A DNA stretch of 64,000 nucleotides from a virus: IMG/VR virus record IMGVR_UViG_3300027798_000016, positions 32,001-96,000 of that record, one strand, 5' to 3'. The position numbers and the translations under genes are program-made. Shown here piece after piece: positions 1 to 8,729 of this stretch; position 1 is the first letter of the stretch, and every line of letters begins with the position of its first letter. The notes beneath the pieces were generated by a model. That model had not been told where the DNA came from. It did no database searches and saw nothing but the letters and a program-made list of their open reading frames with translations.

Positions 1-49
1 TAAAACAACTGAGCCCAGCATCTCTGTAAAATTACTCATGGTTTTTTCC

Positions 50-691
50 TCAGACTTTCTTTAGATTCGTAATGAATCTAGTAACCTCTGACTCGAGGTG
101 TTTTTGTGCGGACCTATCGTAGGTCGCCGCGTAGGCCACATCCATTAGAGCGGCACGTCTACGACTGCCCATTACTCTTTCATAAATTGGTGTTGGATAA
201 GCTTCTGGAGCACTTGGTTGTGCTACAACATCAACAGTGACAATCTCAAATTCAGAAACATTACCAGATTCCTGGACATTTCCTGAGCCTCGACTGCTGA
301 CGCCTAACTTAACACCACTTTCAAGTAATGTTTTGATAATGTTACCCATTGGTGTTGGGATAAGTTTTAATTTACCATAACCATTGGGGCCATCCATCCA
401 CATCTCAGTGACCATATGACTTACTCGGTCAATGTTCACTTGTAGATCGTCTGGATGATCTGCTTCTCCTAGAACGGAGAAACCACTATCTAATCGTTTA
501 CGAATGCTCTCTACAGCATTGGTGATTTCATTTACAGGGTAGATACGCTGATTGTGATTGCGTACTCCACCTTGAATAAAAACACCTTTCATGTAGAGAT
601 CCTTACCGCCACTGGCTGTGTCTTTAGTTTCAAGAACCATTTGTGCTTGATCAAAAGATAAGTTTTCGCGTAGTGGCTGTAGGTTCTGCAT
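50..691 (-). CDS. Prohead core protease (T4 gp21-like)
   Basis: Motifs GVFIQGGVRNHNQRIYP, GEADHP and LGVSSRGSG followed by DVVAQPSAPEAY, typical of the gp21 family; lies downstream of the portal gene. Confidence 0.93.
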   Translation of the reverse strand: MQNLQPLRENLSFDQAQMVLETKDTASGGKDLYMKGVFIQGGVRNHNQRIYPVNEITNAVESIRKRLDSGFSVLGEADHPDDLQVNIDRVSHMVTEMWMDGPNGYGKLKLIPTPMGNIIKTLLESGVKLGVSSRGSGNVQESGNVSEFEIVTVDVVAQPSAPEAYPTPIYERVMGSRRRAALMDVAYAATYDRSAQKHLESEVTRFITNLKKV

Positions 692-694
692 GGT

Positions 695-1492
695 TTAACC
701 CTTAGGTAAGACTGAAGGACTTGAACCAGCTTCGCGTCCAGGAGCGGCACCAGGTTTTGCAACCTTGCTAACTGCTGGGCGAGTTGTTCCGCCTAAATCT
801 TGTGAACTTGGTGCTTTAGCTGGTGATGTACCGCTGGCAACGCCTTCCCCACTTGTGCTTCCGCCAAATGATGTTGATGGACGAGCCATCATTGGATTGC
901 GTTTTGCAACTGGGCTAGTAGTATTAGTAGCACCTGTTACACTATTTGCACCTGAACCTGCGCCTACTGCTTGACCTTCTGAATTGGCATCTAGTTTTAC
1001 TCGTTGTAATTCTAGAGCTTCTTCTAAAGACTCGCCTGTTGGCATTGGCATTTCTTCAGCACCCATTTCTGGACCCATTTCTGAATCCTGGTCACCTTCA
1101 CCGGATACCATCTCTTCAAATTCTGCTTTTAGTTTGGCTAAGGCTGATTCTACATCTAACATTGCGTCAGCAACATCAGCGGCATCAGAACTAACTGGTT
1201 CTGCACCTTCTTCGCCATTGTCCATGCCGGCTTCTAAATCATCAGCTGGTACTTCCAAATCTTGGACACCGGCTTCTTCATCGCCTTCGGCTTCTTGTGT
1301 TAAATCTGCATCAACTTCGTCTACGGAATTGATGGCTTCTTGTTGTTGATCTTCTTGATCATCATCAGTCATAATGTCTTCATAGACCTGACGACCAACG
1401 CTTACATAGTAATCATGTAACAACGCACTAGCTTTATCTTCTTCTTTATTCAAAAGATGATCTAATGCCTGTTCTAGAACTGTTTTACTCAT
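695..1492 (-). CDS. Acidic prohead core/scaffold-type protein
   Basis: Very D/E-rich and low complexity, located between portal and protease. Start moved to the ATG at 1492 (MSKTVL), which has an AAGGAG Shine-Dalgarno. Confidence 0.6.
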   Translation of the reverse strand: MSKTVLEQALDHLLNKEEDKASALLHDYYVSVGRQVYEDIMTDDDQEDQQQEAINSVDEVDADLTQEAEGDEEAGVQDLEVPADDLEAGMDNGEEGAEPVSSDAADVADAMLDVESALAKLKAEFEEMVSGEGDQDSEMGPEMGAEEMPMPTGESLEEALELQRVKLDANSEGQAVGAGSGANSVTGATNTTSPVAKRNPMMARPSTSFGGSTSGEGVASGTSPAKAPSSQDLGGTTRPAVSKVAKPGAAPGREAGSSPSVLPKG

Positions 1493-1581
1493 TATTAGTC
1501 TCCTTGCGCTAAGGGGCACACATAAGAATGTGCTTTACCAATAACTACTTACTATTGGCACATAATAATGAAGTTCATATG

Positions 1582-1605
1582 GTAGAAAAAACGGTGTTTT
1601 TCTAC
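1582..1605. terminator. Inverted repeat, possible terminator or processing hairpin
   Basis: GTAGAAAAA-acggtg-TTTTTCTAC, just after the stop of the 1624-1836 gene. Confidence 0.4.
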
Positions 1606-1623
1606 TGAAAAATTACAATTTTA

Positions 1624-1836
1624 TTACATTGACTGCTCGACAGGGCGAGCATACATTTTTTTGACTAATTGTAATCGTTGTTTGGTTTCGTATTTCCGTA
1701 AATCTCTGATTTTTCTTAAACGATTCACATGTTCAAGCGTCAAACGCTTCCTACGCAAATCGCCAAAGAAAGCAACTTCAGGATCGATTTCTTTGTCGAT
1801 CTCATCTTGGTTGGCCATTAAATCATTGAATCTCAT
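1624..1836 (-). CDS. Small head-module protein, function unknown
   Basis: 70-aa ORF between portal and core genes, preceded by TAAGTA-N5-ATG. Confidence 0.7.
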   Translation of the reverse strand: MRFNDLMANQDEIDKEIDPEVAFFGDLRRKRLTLEHVNRLRKIRDLRKYETKQRLQLVKKMYARPVEQSM

Positions 1837-1860
1837 AAGTGTACTTATCCAAAATGTAAT

Positions 1861-3543
1861 TTAAGTTCCAGGCGGTGCTGGTGGTATTCCTAGGTCTGCG
1901 GCAGGTGCTCCAGCGTCGGCTCCACCTTCTGGACCTTCTGCTGGATTTGCATCAAGTCCACCTGACAGGTCTAAATCACTGTCATTTGGTCCAGATACGC
2001 CGGTTGCACTAAATCCTGCTCCAGCTTCTCCACTCATGTCTACTGCTTCTTCACCTTGATTTTCTTCACGCCACAGCGTTTCGTTTTCTAACAGTTCGTC
2101 ATCATCCAAGCCCAAGTACTTCTTCAGTTTGAATCTATGGCTTAGATATGGAATTTCAGCAAGTTGACTAAACACACCTGCACGAGCTCCATCAATTTCA
2201 ATTTCACGGTAACCACTGAAGTTTTGTGGCTCTAACAAATCAATGTCAAAGTCAGAACTGTCAAGATTTACGCCTCTATTCTTCATAAAAGCCTTGAATT
2301 CGCGGTCGAGATACGGAGCAATTAGCCCCTGTAGCCTACGACAATATCTGTTAAAACGGTACTCTTGAATCATTGCAGTACCCAGTTTTCCATCTGTATA
2401 AACTGCGGCACTATCGTCTGGACCAGTTGGCAAATAGCTACTTGGAATACGCAGGCCACGCAATAACTTGTTGTTAAAGTACTTTAAATCGTCAATTTCA
2501 CCTAGACCGGAACCACCAGGTAATGTTTCAACTTTACTTCCACGACCGTCAGCAGTGGTGGCAAAGAAGAAATCTTCCAGCATGGTCAATGGATTGTAAC
2601 TTGCATCCATTGTTGCTCCGCCACCTGTGCGAGTTGGAATTCTACGCTGGTGAATTTCGTTTTTAACACGCTCAACAAAGGCCATGGCCTGGTGAGCTGG
2701 TAAATTACCTGTGTCAATATAAAATACTCGGCGTTCTGGTGCTCGTTGCACACGATAGATGATGACTGCATCTTCAAGCATTTCTTTTTGCTTGTAGATT
2801 TTAAACACGCTGTCTAATATACTATTGCCAAACGGCCAAGTTCCATCAAGTCCTTCGTTCAGTGTCATGTGAATTATATGTTCACTGTCAATGGCTACTT
2901 CCTCCACTTGCTGTCCTGCTTTTGAATAGTTTACGCCAGTTGCAGGATATGGACCTTGTGGAGTGGCACCCATGGTTGAAAGTGTTTTGACATTGTCAAT
3001 GGGTTTTGTTGCAACCTTTGAAGCAAAGTTTGGATGCACATTGCTAATGACATACTGTTCAACATCTCTGCCTTCTGCTTCATTGATAACTGCTCGTTTG
3101 ACATCTGATGGATTTACCCAGTACAACTCAAATGTTTCTGGATCACGCATGAAGAACTGGTCTCCATACTTGATGGCACTACGGAACATTCTAAAAATAC
3201 GCTGATCCATTTTATTAATTGCACACCACTTCTTCAGTGACTCTTGTACAATCTTGCTTTCGCTGTCAGTTGGATCTTCTTTCCACATGATTCGGAAAGG
3301 TAAATTTGTATCTAGTTCTGCTTGTGTACAGAACTCGGCAATGGTGTCTAATGCGGCATTGACTTCTGAGTCCGCATCCATCAAATCATATTGACCATAA
3401 CGATCAACACGGTTTGGTTGTCCAGTGTATACATCTTGTAGCCAAGATGAGTATTTGGCCGAAGCCGCAGATGATCCACCTCGATTATTTGAAGTAAGTT
3501 CGGTTTCTGGATCCCAGATTTTAAAGTGTTTTCGCCATGACAT
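1861..3543 (-). CDS. Portal vertex protein (T4 gp20-like)
   Basis: Motifs MLEDAVIIYRVQRAPERRVFYIDTGNLP, MLEDFFF...GRGSKVETLPGG and IDDLKYFNNKLLRGLRIPSSYL match gp20. Confidence 0.96.
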   Translation of the reverse strand: MSWRKHFKIWDPETELTSNNRGGSSAASAKYSSWLQDVYTGQPNRVDRYGQYDLMDADSEVNAALDTIAEFCTQAELDTNLPFRIMWKEDPTDSESKIVQESLKKWCAINKMDQRIFRMFRSAIKYGDQFFMRDPETFELYWVNPSDVKRAVINEAEGRDVEQYVISNVHPNFASKVATKPIDNVKTLSTMGATPQGPYPATGVNYSKAGQQVEEVAIDSEHIIHMTLNEGLDGTWPFGNSILDSVFKIYKQKEMLEDAVIIYRVQRAPERRVFYIDTGNLPAHQAMAFVERVKNEIHQRRIPTRTGGGATMDASYNPLTMLEDFFFATTADGRGSKVETLPGGSGLGEIDDLKYFNNKLLRGLRIPSSYLPTGPDDSAAVYTDGKLGTAMIQEYRFNRYCRRLQGLIAPYLDREFKAFMKNRGVNLDSSDFDIDLLEPQNFSGYREIEIDGARAGVFSQLAEIPYLSHRFKLKKYLGLDDDELLENETLWREENQGEEAVDMSGEAGAGFSATGVSGPNDSDLDLSGGLDANPAEGPEGGADAGAPAADLGIPPAPPGT

Positions 3544-3567
3544 AGTTGACTTACTTACCTTATTTTA

Positions 3568-6500
3568 TTAACTCAGTCTAACCGGAGTATTTGCTTCGGA
3601 TCCGCGGGTATTGCCTCGGATGGCATCTAGATCATCAACAATGGACGCCAGGTAACCCAGTGCTTGTGTTAATATTTCCGGAGTCAATGGAGTTGCATTT
3701 AAACGATTGGCCACAATTGACTCTCCTGAACTCAATGACTCTGCTGTTGGTACAGTTCCCGACACTCCGGGTATTGACATGTCACTTGAGCTTGGCAACT
3801 GAATTTGACCAGCATCTTTCATCTGTGTCATTGCTTGACCAATTTGAGTGAGATACTGTGCTGTCAATCTAACTTCATCGCTGGCACCGGCTTTGGCAAA
3901 CTCCAACAATTGGTCTTTGAAATTGCCCAATGCATCTTTATCAAATCCTTTAAGTCCAGCATTGATGTCAATTAGACCTGTACCAAAATTCTTTATGCCG
4001 TTGCCTAACTTTTCAATTTTGTCTGCCATTGGCGCCATTTGCATGATGCGTTCTAGTGGACCTTTAGATCCAACCAGTCCCAACAATCCAGAAACAATTC
4101 CACCACCAGCGGCCACAATGGCCGCGGCAGCAAATGCTGTCATACCCAGTGCAATGGCACCAAGTCCCAGTCCTACCATCATTAAATTACTACCACTTAC
4201 CTCACCAAGCATTTTTAGTGATTCAGCAAAGGGTTTCATTCCAACGCTGGCAATACCAAGTGCTAGGCCCATTCCTGCGGCAGTTACTCCAAGTGCGGCC
4301 AACGCCACTAATCCTGCACCAAACATTAATGCACCCACACCCGACATCATTATTGCGCCCAGTGCAAAAACTGCGGCTCCTAGTATACCCAGTGCAATGG
4401 CCCCTTTTGTCAAACTTGCCCAATCAACTTCATTAAATGTTTGAAAGCCTTTGCCTGCTACCCACATGGCGGCACCCAGTGCGGCAATGGCCAATGCTCC
4501 TATTAGAATATTTGCTGACATACCACCCAGCAACGAAGCCGCTACACCCAGTATACCTATTGCAACAGCACCTTTGACCAAGCTTCCCCAATTTACTTCA
4601 TTAAATGATTTAAATCCTTGACCAGCTACCCACATTGTGGCACCCAGTACACCAATGACCAGAGCACCTTTAAGTATTGAAGCAGAACCTTTGTCTAACA
4701 ATTTGGCCATAACCACTAGACCGCCTATGGCCAGTGTTCCTTTGACCAAACTACCCCAGTTGACTTCATTGAATACTTTGAATCCAATTGCTGACAATGC
4801 CAGCGATGCACCCAAGATTGCAATGACACCTGCACCTTTTAGTATTGAATTGGAACCCTTGTCTAATAATTTTGCAATTCCTATCAGGCCGCCCAAGGCA
4901 ACTGTACCCTTGAGCATGCCTTCCCAAGTGACTTCACCAAAAGTTTTGAATCCGTGTGCGGCCAAGGCCAAGGCGCCACCCAACAATGCCAGTGTGCCTG
5001 CGCCTTTGATGGTTTTGTTGTCTCCCAGCTTGCCAAGAAAGTCTCCAAACGAGCTCATACCACTGCTGGCGGCCCCGCCTAGCTTGCTGAACATTCCGCC
5101 AGCTTTATCGCCAACAGTACTCAATGCTCCGCCAACACCGCTGCCTGCGCCTTTGCTGAACACACCACCAACAATTTTTCCACCAGCACTTGCGGCTCCT
5201 GCACCTTTGCCAAGTGCTCCACCCAGTATGCTTCCAATTTTAGCAAGTCCACCGCTGCCGCCAAATAGTGCCATTCCTATGCCGCCAAACACCAATGGAG
5301 TCAACAAACCAAGTACACCAATCATAGTGGCATTCAACCATTGAACAGCGCCACGCAAACTGTTTAGAGCCATATCCAGTTGATTCATTGTTTTGATATT
5401 GCCAGCTTCAGATGTTGTTCCACCTAAATCCTTTTTGGCCTTCTTTTCAGCTTCTTCATTGGTCGCGGCTTGACCTATTGTGGTGCCAAAATTCAACTGA
5501 CGTTGTTTGGCTTCCATGTATTTTAGGTCACCAACATTATATGAAGATGCGCCGCCAGCGGCTAGTCCAGCGGCTTCTCGTTGCATTTGAGCAGAGTATG
5601 CCCCCGAATCAAATTTGCCATTTCTTCCGCCAGCACCACCTGCATCAGCACCTCGACCAATGGCATTAATGGTATCTGCAAATTCTGGACCCATCTTTTC
5701 AATTGCAAAGGCCATGCCTTTGTCTCGAGTCTGTTGATCTTGCATCAGCAATGCAATCTGATTGGCATCACTGTCGCTCATGCCAGTGCCTTTCATCAAT
5801 GCCATCTTGATATCTTCTGCACCTTCAATACCAAGTGTACTTGCTGTTTGCCCTGCTAGACTTCTTTTAAAATCATTGATACTTTTTAGCACTTCCTCAG
5901 CACTTAATCCAAAAGTATTACTCAATTTTCTTGCACTTTCCGCAGTATCAGCAAATGCTTTGGCTGATGCCTTTACTGCATCGTCACCGCGTTTGCCACT
6001 GAGTGCTGTCTGTTGTGCAATGGATGCCATCAATGTGGCCTGTGCTTCTTGACTCATTCCCAATTCACTTACTGCAACTGATGCTCTATCAACATCTTTA
6101 ACAAAGTCTTTGCCAAGACGATTGTTTAGGGTCCTGGTAAAATTACTGCCGTTACGAAAGCCTCTAGACAAGTCACTTAAATTTTCTATTGCATCTTGAC
6201 TGCCATTGCCAAAAGATTTAAAGCCCTGATTGCTTTCAGCAATAACTTTTATAAAGCTATCTCCAAGTCCACTCATCGTTTTTGCTTGTCTAATTGATCC
6301 TACTTTGAATGCACCTAGGTCAGCAAAGCCGCCAACACCTGCGGCATCTTTGGCAAAGTCACTCATTGCTCCCAGTGCAAAACTTGCGCCAGCCGCAAAG
6401 CCAAACAACATCTTGCCAACAACAGTATTGGCTCCTCTGAATGTCTCTGCTAAGCCGCCTAAGGATTGATGAACTGTACCTGTTCCAGTTAATAATTCTT

Positions 6501-6861
6501 TACCAAATCGCTTGACGCCTGCTTCCTGGCGTTCCATTTCCCATTCTAAATCTCTTGTGGCTTTGGCCAATTCATCTTGTGCGTCTATAGTGTCGTCGAC
6601 GGAATCACGAAGCTTTTCTAATTTTTTTCTTAGCCTTTCTACTTCTTTGCTATTTTCACCGTGCTTTTTTGTTGCGGCGGCCAGTAGTTTTGCATTTGAG
6701 TCAAGAGCCTTGTCTAATGCGGCGCTGCCGGTGTTGGCTTTGCCAGCTTTGCCACCAGTCTGGCCAACAGAACCATCGCCTTTGCCTCGACCCAATTGTG
6801 AGGTCAGGCGATTCATTGCGGATATCAATTCATCTATTTTATGATCAGCTATTTCAGCCAT
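3568..6861 (-). CDS. Tail tape measure protein
   Basis: 1097 aa, Ala/Gly-rich and helical with hydrophobic stretches, periodic Trp/Phe repeats, adjacent to a chaperone-like pair. Confidence 0.8.
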   Translation of the reverse strand: MAEIADHKIDELISAMNRLTSQLGRGKGDGSVGQTGGKAGKANTGSAALDKALDSNAKLLAAATKKHGENSKEVERLRKKLEKLRDSVDDTIDAQDELAKATRDLEWEMERQEAGVKRFGKELLTGTGTVHQSLGGLAETFRGANTVVGKMLFGFAAGASFALGAMSDFAKDAAGVGGFADLGAFKVGSIRQAKTMSGLGDSFIKVIAESNQGFKSFGNGSQDAIENLSDLSRGFRNGSNFTRTLNNRLGKDFVKDVDRASVAVSELGMSQEAQATLMASIAQQTALSGKRGDDAVKASAKAFADTAESARKLSNTFGLSAEEVLKSINDFKRSLAGQTASTLGIEGAEDIKMALMKGTGMSDSDANQIALLMQDQQTRDKGMAFAIEKMGPEFADTINAIGRGADAGGAGGRNGKFDSGAYSAQMQREAAGLAAGGASSYNVGDLKYMEAKQRQLNFGTTIGQAATNEEAEKKAKKDLGGTTSEAGNIKTMNQLDMALNSLRGAVQWLNATMIGVLGLLTPLVFGGIGMALFGGSGGLAKIGSILGGALGKGAGAASAGGKIVGGVFSKGAGSGVGGALSTVGDKAGGMFSKLGGAASSGMSSFGDFLGKLGDNKTIKGAGTLALLGGALALAAHGFKTFGEVTWEGMLKGTVALGGLIGIAKLLDKGSNSILKGAGVIAILGASLALSAIGFKVFNEVNWGSLVKGTLAIGGLVVMAKLLDKGSASILKGALVIGVLGATMWVAGQGFKSFNEVNWGSLVKGAVAIGILGVAASLLGGMSANILIGALAIAALGAAMWVAGKGFQTFNEVDWASLTKGAIALGILGAAVFALGAIMMSGVGALMFGAGLVALAALGVTAAGMGLALGIASVGMKPFAESLKMLGEVSGSNLMMVGLGLGAIALGMTAFAAAAIVAAGGGIVSGLLGLVGSKGPLERIMQMAPMADKIEKLGNGIKNFGTGLIDINAGLKGFDKDALGNFKDQLLEFAKAGASDEVRLTAQYLTQIGQAMTQMKDAGQIQLPSSSDMSIPGVSGTVPTAESLSSGESIVANRLNATPLTPEILTQALGYLASIVDDLDAIRGNTRGSEANTPVRLS
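4380..4953 (-). repeat. Four 168-bp (56-aa) tandem repeats within the tape measure gene
   Basis: GFKTFGEVTW, GFKVFNEVNW, GFKSFNEVNW and GFQTFNEVDW units; their Gly codons sit at 4951, 4783, 4615 and 4447, exactly 168 bp apart. Confidence 0.9.
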
Positions 6862-6904
6862 GTGTTTTTCTTAATCTGGGTCATTAGGACATTAAAGTAC
6901 CACA

Positions 6905-6944
6905 TAAATAGATTATGCATATTATAGGCCTATGAACCTATTTA
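6905..6944. promoter_or_regulatory. Face-to-face late promoter pair (TAAATA on each strand)
   Basis: TAAATA at 6905-6910 (+) and 6939-6944 (-, context CGGTAAATA), resembling the T4 gp55 late promoter TATAAATA. Confidence 0.65.
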
Positions 6945-6962
6945 CCGTTAAGGATTAAGTAC

Positions 6963-7856
6963 ATGGATAAAGAAAACCCACTCAAGAAGCCCGTTTCGCA
7001 GGCTACTGCCAACCCGTTGGCAAATTTTTACCGTAGACCTGGCACCTATGTCAGTTTACCCAGTAAAGGACGATACTACAGATCAGCTATCAAACTGTCT
7101 GACAATGGAGAACTGGCAGTTTATCCAATGACTGCCAAAGATGAACTAGCACTGAAGAACCCGGATGCCTTACTAAACGGCGAAGCACTGAAACAAGTGT
7201 TGGCCAGTGTAGTGCCGGACATCAGCAATGTTAATGAAATTCCAGCACCCGACATTGATATGATTTTGGTTGCCATGCGTATGGCCAGCTATGGCGATGA
7301 CTTGGATCTAAATGTAAATCACAATTGTGCGGCCAGTGAAGGTAAAAGTCAAAGTGTCACAGTTGGGCTAGGATCAATTTTAGGCACAATGAAAGAGATT
7401 CCAGACGGTTCCGGAGAAGTGGTATTGTCAAACGGTGTCAAAGTGCTGTTACGACCTTACTCACTGGAAAATCAAAGCAAGTTGTTGAGAGTACAGTTTA
7501 CAACCATGCGTCAGTTGCAGGCCATGGAAGCCAATGAAAAGAACACCATTGATCAGAAAGCTGATGTGGCCAACAAAGGTTACGACATGTTGACCAATCT
7601 AAGCCAGGAAATTTTAGCAGGCAGTATCATTGCAGTTGTACTGCCAGACGGAACTGAAGTGACCAATTATGGACACATTTATGATTGGGTCAAGAACTTG
7701 GATCGTGCCAGTGCCGATCGTCTAGATCAAGAAATGAAACTGTTTGCAGATTATGGTATTACACGCACATTGGAAATGACTTGCGACTATTGCAAGGAGA
7801 AGTATACCACTGATATGCTGTTTGACCCAACAAGTTTTTTCGGCGCAGGCTCTTGA
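6963..7856 (+). CDS. Baseplate hub assembly / tail chaperone protein (T4 gp26-like)
   Basis: Motifs LPSKGRYY, VYPMTAKDEL and DIDMILVAMRMASYG; C-terminal CxxC followed by FDPTSFF. Confidence 0.75.
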   Translation: MDKENPLKKPVSQATANPLANFYRRPGTYVSLPSKGRYYRSAIKLSDNGELAVYPMTAKDELALKNPDALLNGEALKQVLASVVPDISNVNEIPAPDIDMILVAMRMASYGDDLDLNVNHNCAASEGKSQSVTVGLGSILGTMKEIPDGSGEVVLSNGVKVLLRPYSLENQSKLLRVQFTTMRQLQAMEANEKNTIDQKADVANKGYDMLTNLSQEILAGSIIAVVLPDGTEVTNYGHIYDWVKNLDRASADRLDQEMKLFADYGITRTLEMTCDYCKEKYTTDMLFDPTSFFGAGS

Positions 7857-8077
7857 TGTTAGGAACCAACGGAGCAAAGATTAGACGCTTCGTTGAAGGT
7901 ATCGAATCTGATGCAAGAGCCCTGATCAAGGAAGTTACTACTTTGAGTGTTTGGGCAACCATAGACCCAGAAACCATTTGGAATATGACTCATTTAGAAA
8001 GAGTTGTGCTATCCGAAGCAGTAAAAGAAAGAACAGAAGCAATGTATGGCAAAAAAGGATTTGCTCGCTCAAGGTGA
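7853..8077 (+). CDS. Probable -1 frameshift extension of the upstream chaperone (G/GT-type), or small gp51-like ORF
   Basis: Lies in the -1 frame of the upstream gene, 12 nt after the slippery heptamer T TTT TTC (7835-7841); no clear Shine-Dalgarno; contains W...ETIWNMTHLER. Confidence 0.65.
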   Translation: MMLGTNGAKIRRFVEGIESDARALIKEVTTLSVWATIDPETIWNMTHLERVVLSEAVKERTEAMYGKKGFARSR

Positions 8078-8729
8078 TTCATTTATCATCTTAGTAGAGC
8101 GATTCTATCGCTCTTGAATTTCGCATTGCTTCGCAATCGCTCATTCAGTTTTTATTGTTTAAGGTTTTAACGGTAAAGTATTGTAATGCAAGTGATGAAA
8201 CATTTTGATTACTTGACACTGATGATTCAGTCACACTTAGCCCTGTTAAGGACTAAGAGAAAACTTGACACCGAAGTCCAAGCCACATCCAACTAAAGAA
8301 ACTTGTTAAAGTAAGGGCGGTCACGCTGTACCCTTTTACACTCATCTTATATGACGCTACCGTATTGACCTAGTTGAAATCGTCGATACAGCATGTAGGT
8401 TGTAATAGTTCACCAGAGCCTACTCATTTTAGCTTTCGTATACTAATCCCAGTTCTTTTCAAGCAATTGAACTTCGTCCTGTGAAGGATAGTGGGCGTTA
8501 GTCTCTGCTACTGCACAGAATTTCCTTCCCCAGCGCAACCCTAGTGCCTGGTTTTATGGGTGTCTAAATATATCGGCGACACTGGCCTATCAGTAGTGAT
8601 CTTGTCGTTGTGAGTTTGCTAATTGAATTTGCGAAATCGCTGTGAGTGTCTACATTGCGTAGTAAATTAGCCAGGATGAGTTATTGTACACTTTAATTAT
8701 CAAATGAGCCAGGTGAGTTATAGCCGTTA
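8078..8729. ncRNA. Candidate large structured non-coding element (ncRNA and/or replication origin)
   Basis: Only large ORF-free gap in the window, with many stem-loops, a cUUCGg tetraloop on the minus strand and short direct repeats; family not recognised. Confidence 0.5.

Noticed and set aside
3591-6887. Many long plus-strand ORFs opposite the tape measure gene (up to 235 aa)
   Set aside because: Antisense shadows of an Ala/Gly-rich gene, with no start signals or recognisable motifs.
8605-8721. CRISPR array
   Set aside because: Repeats are 11-16 nt, of two types and irregularly spaced, and no cas gene is in the window.
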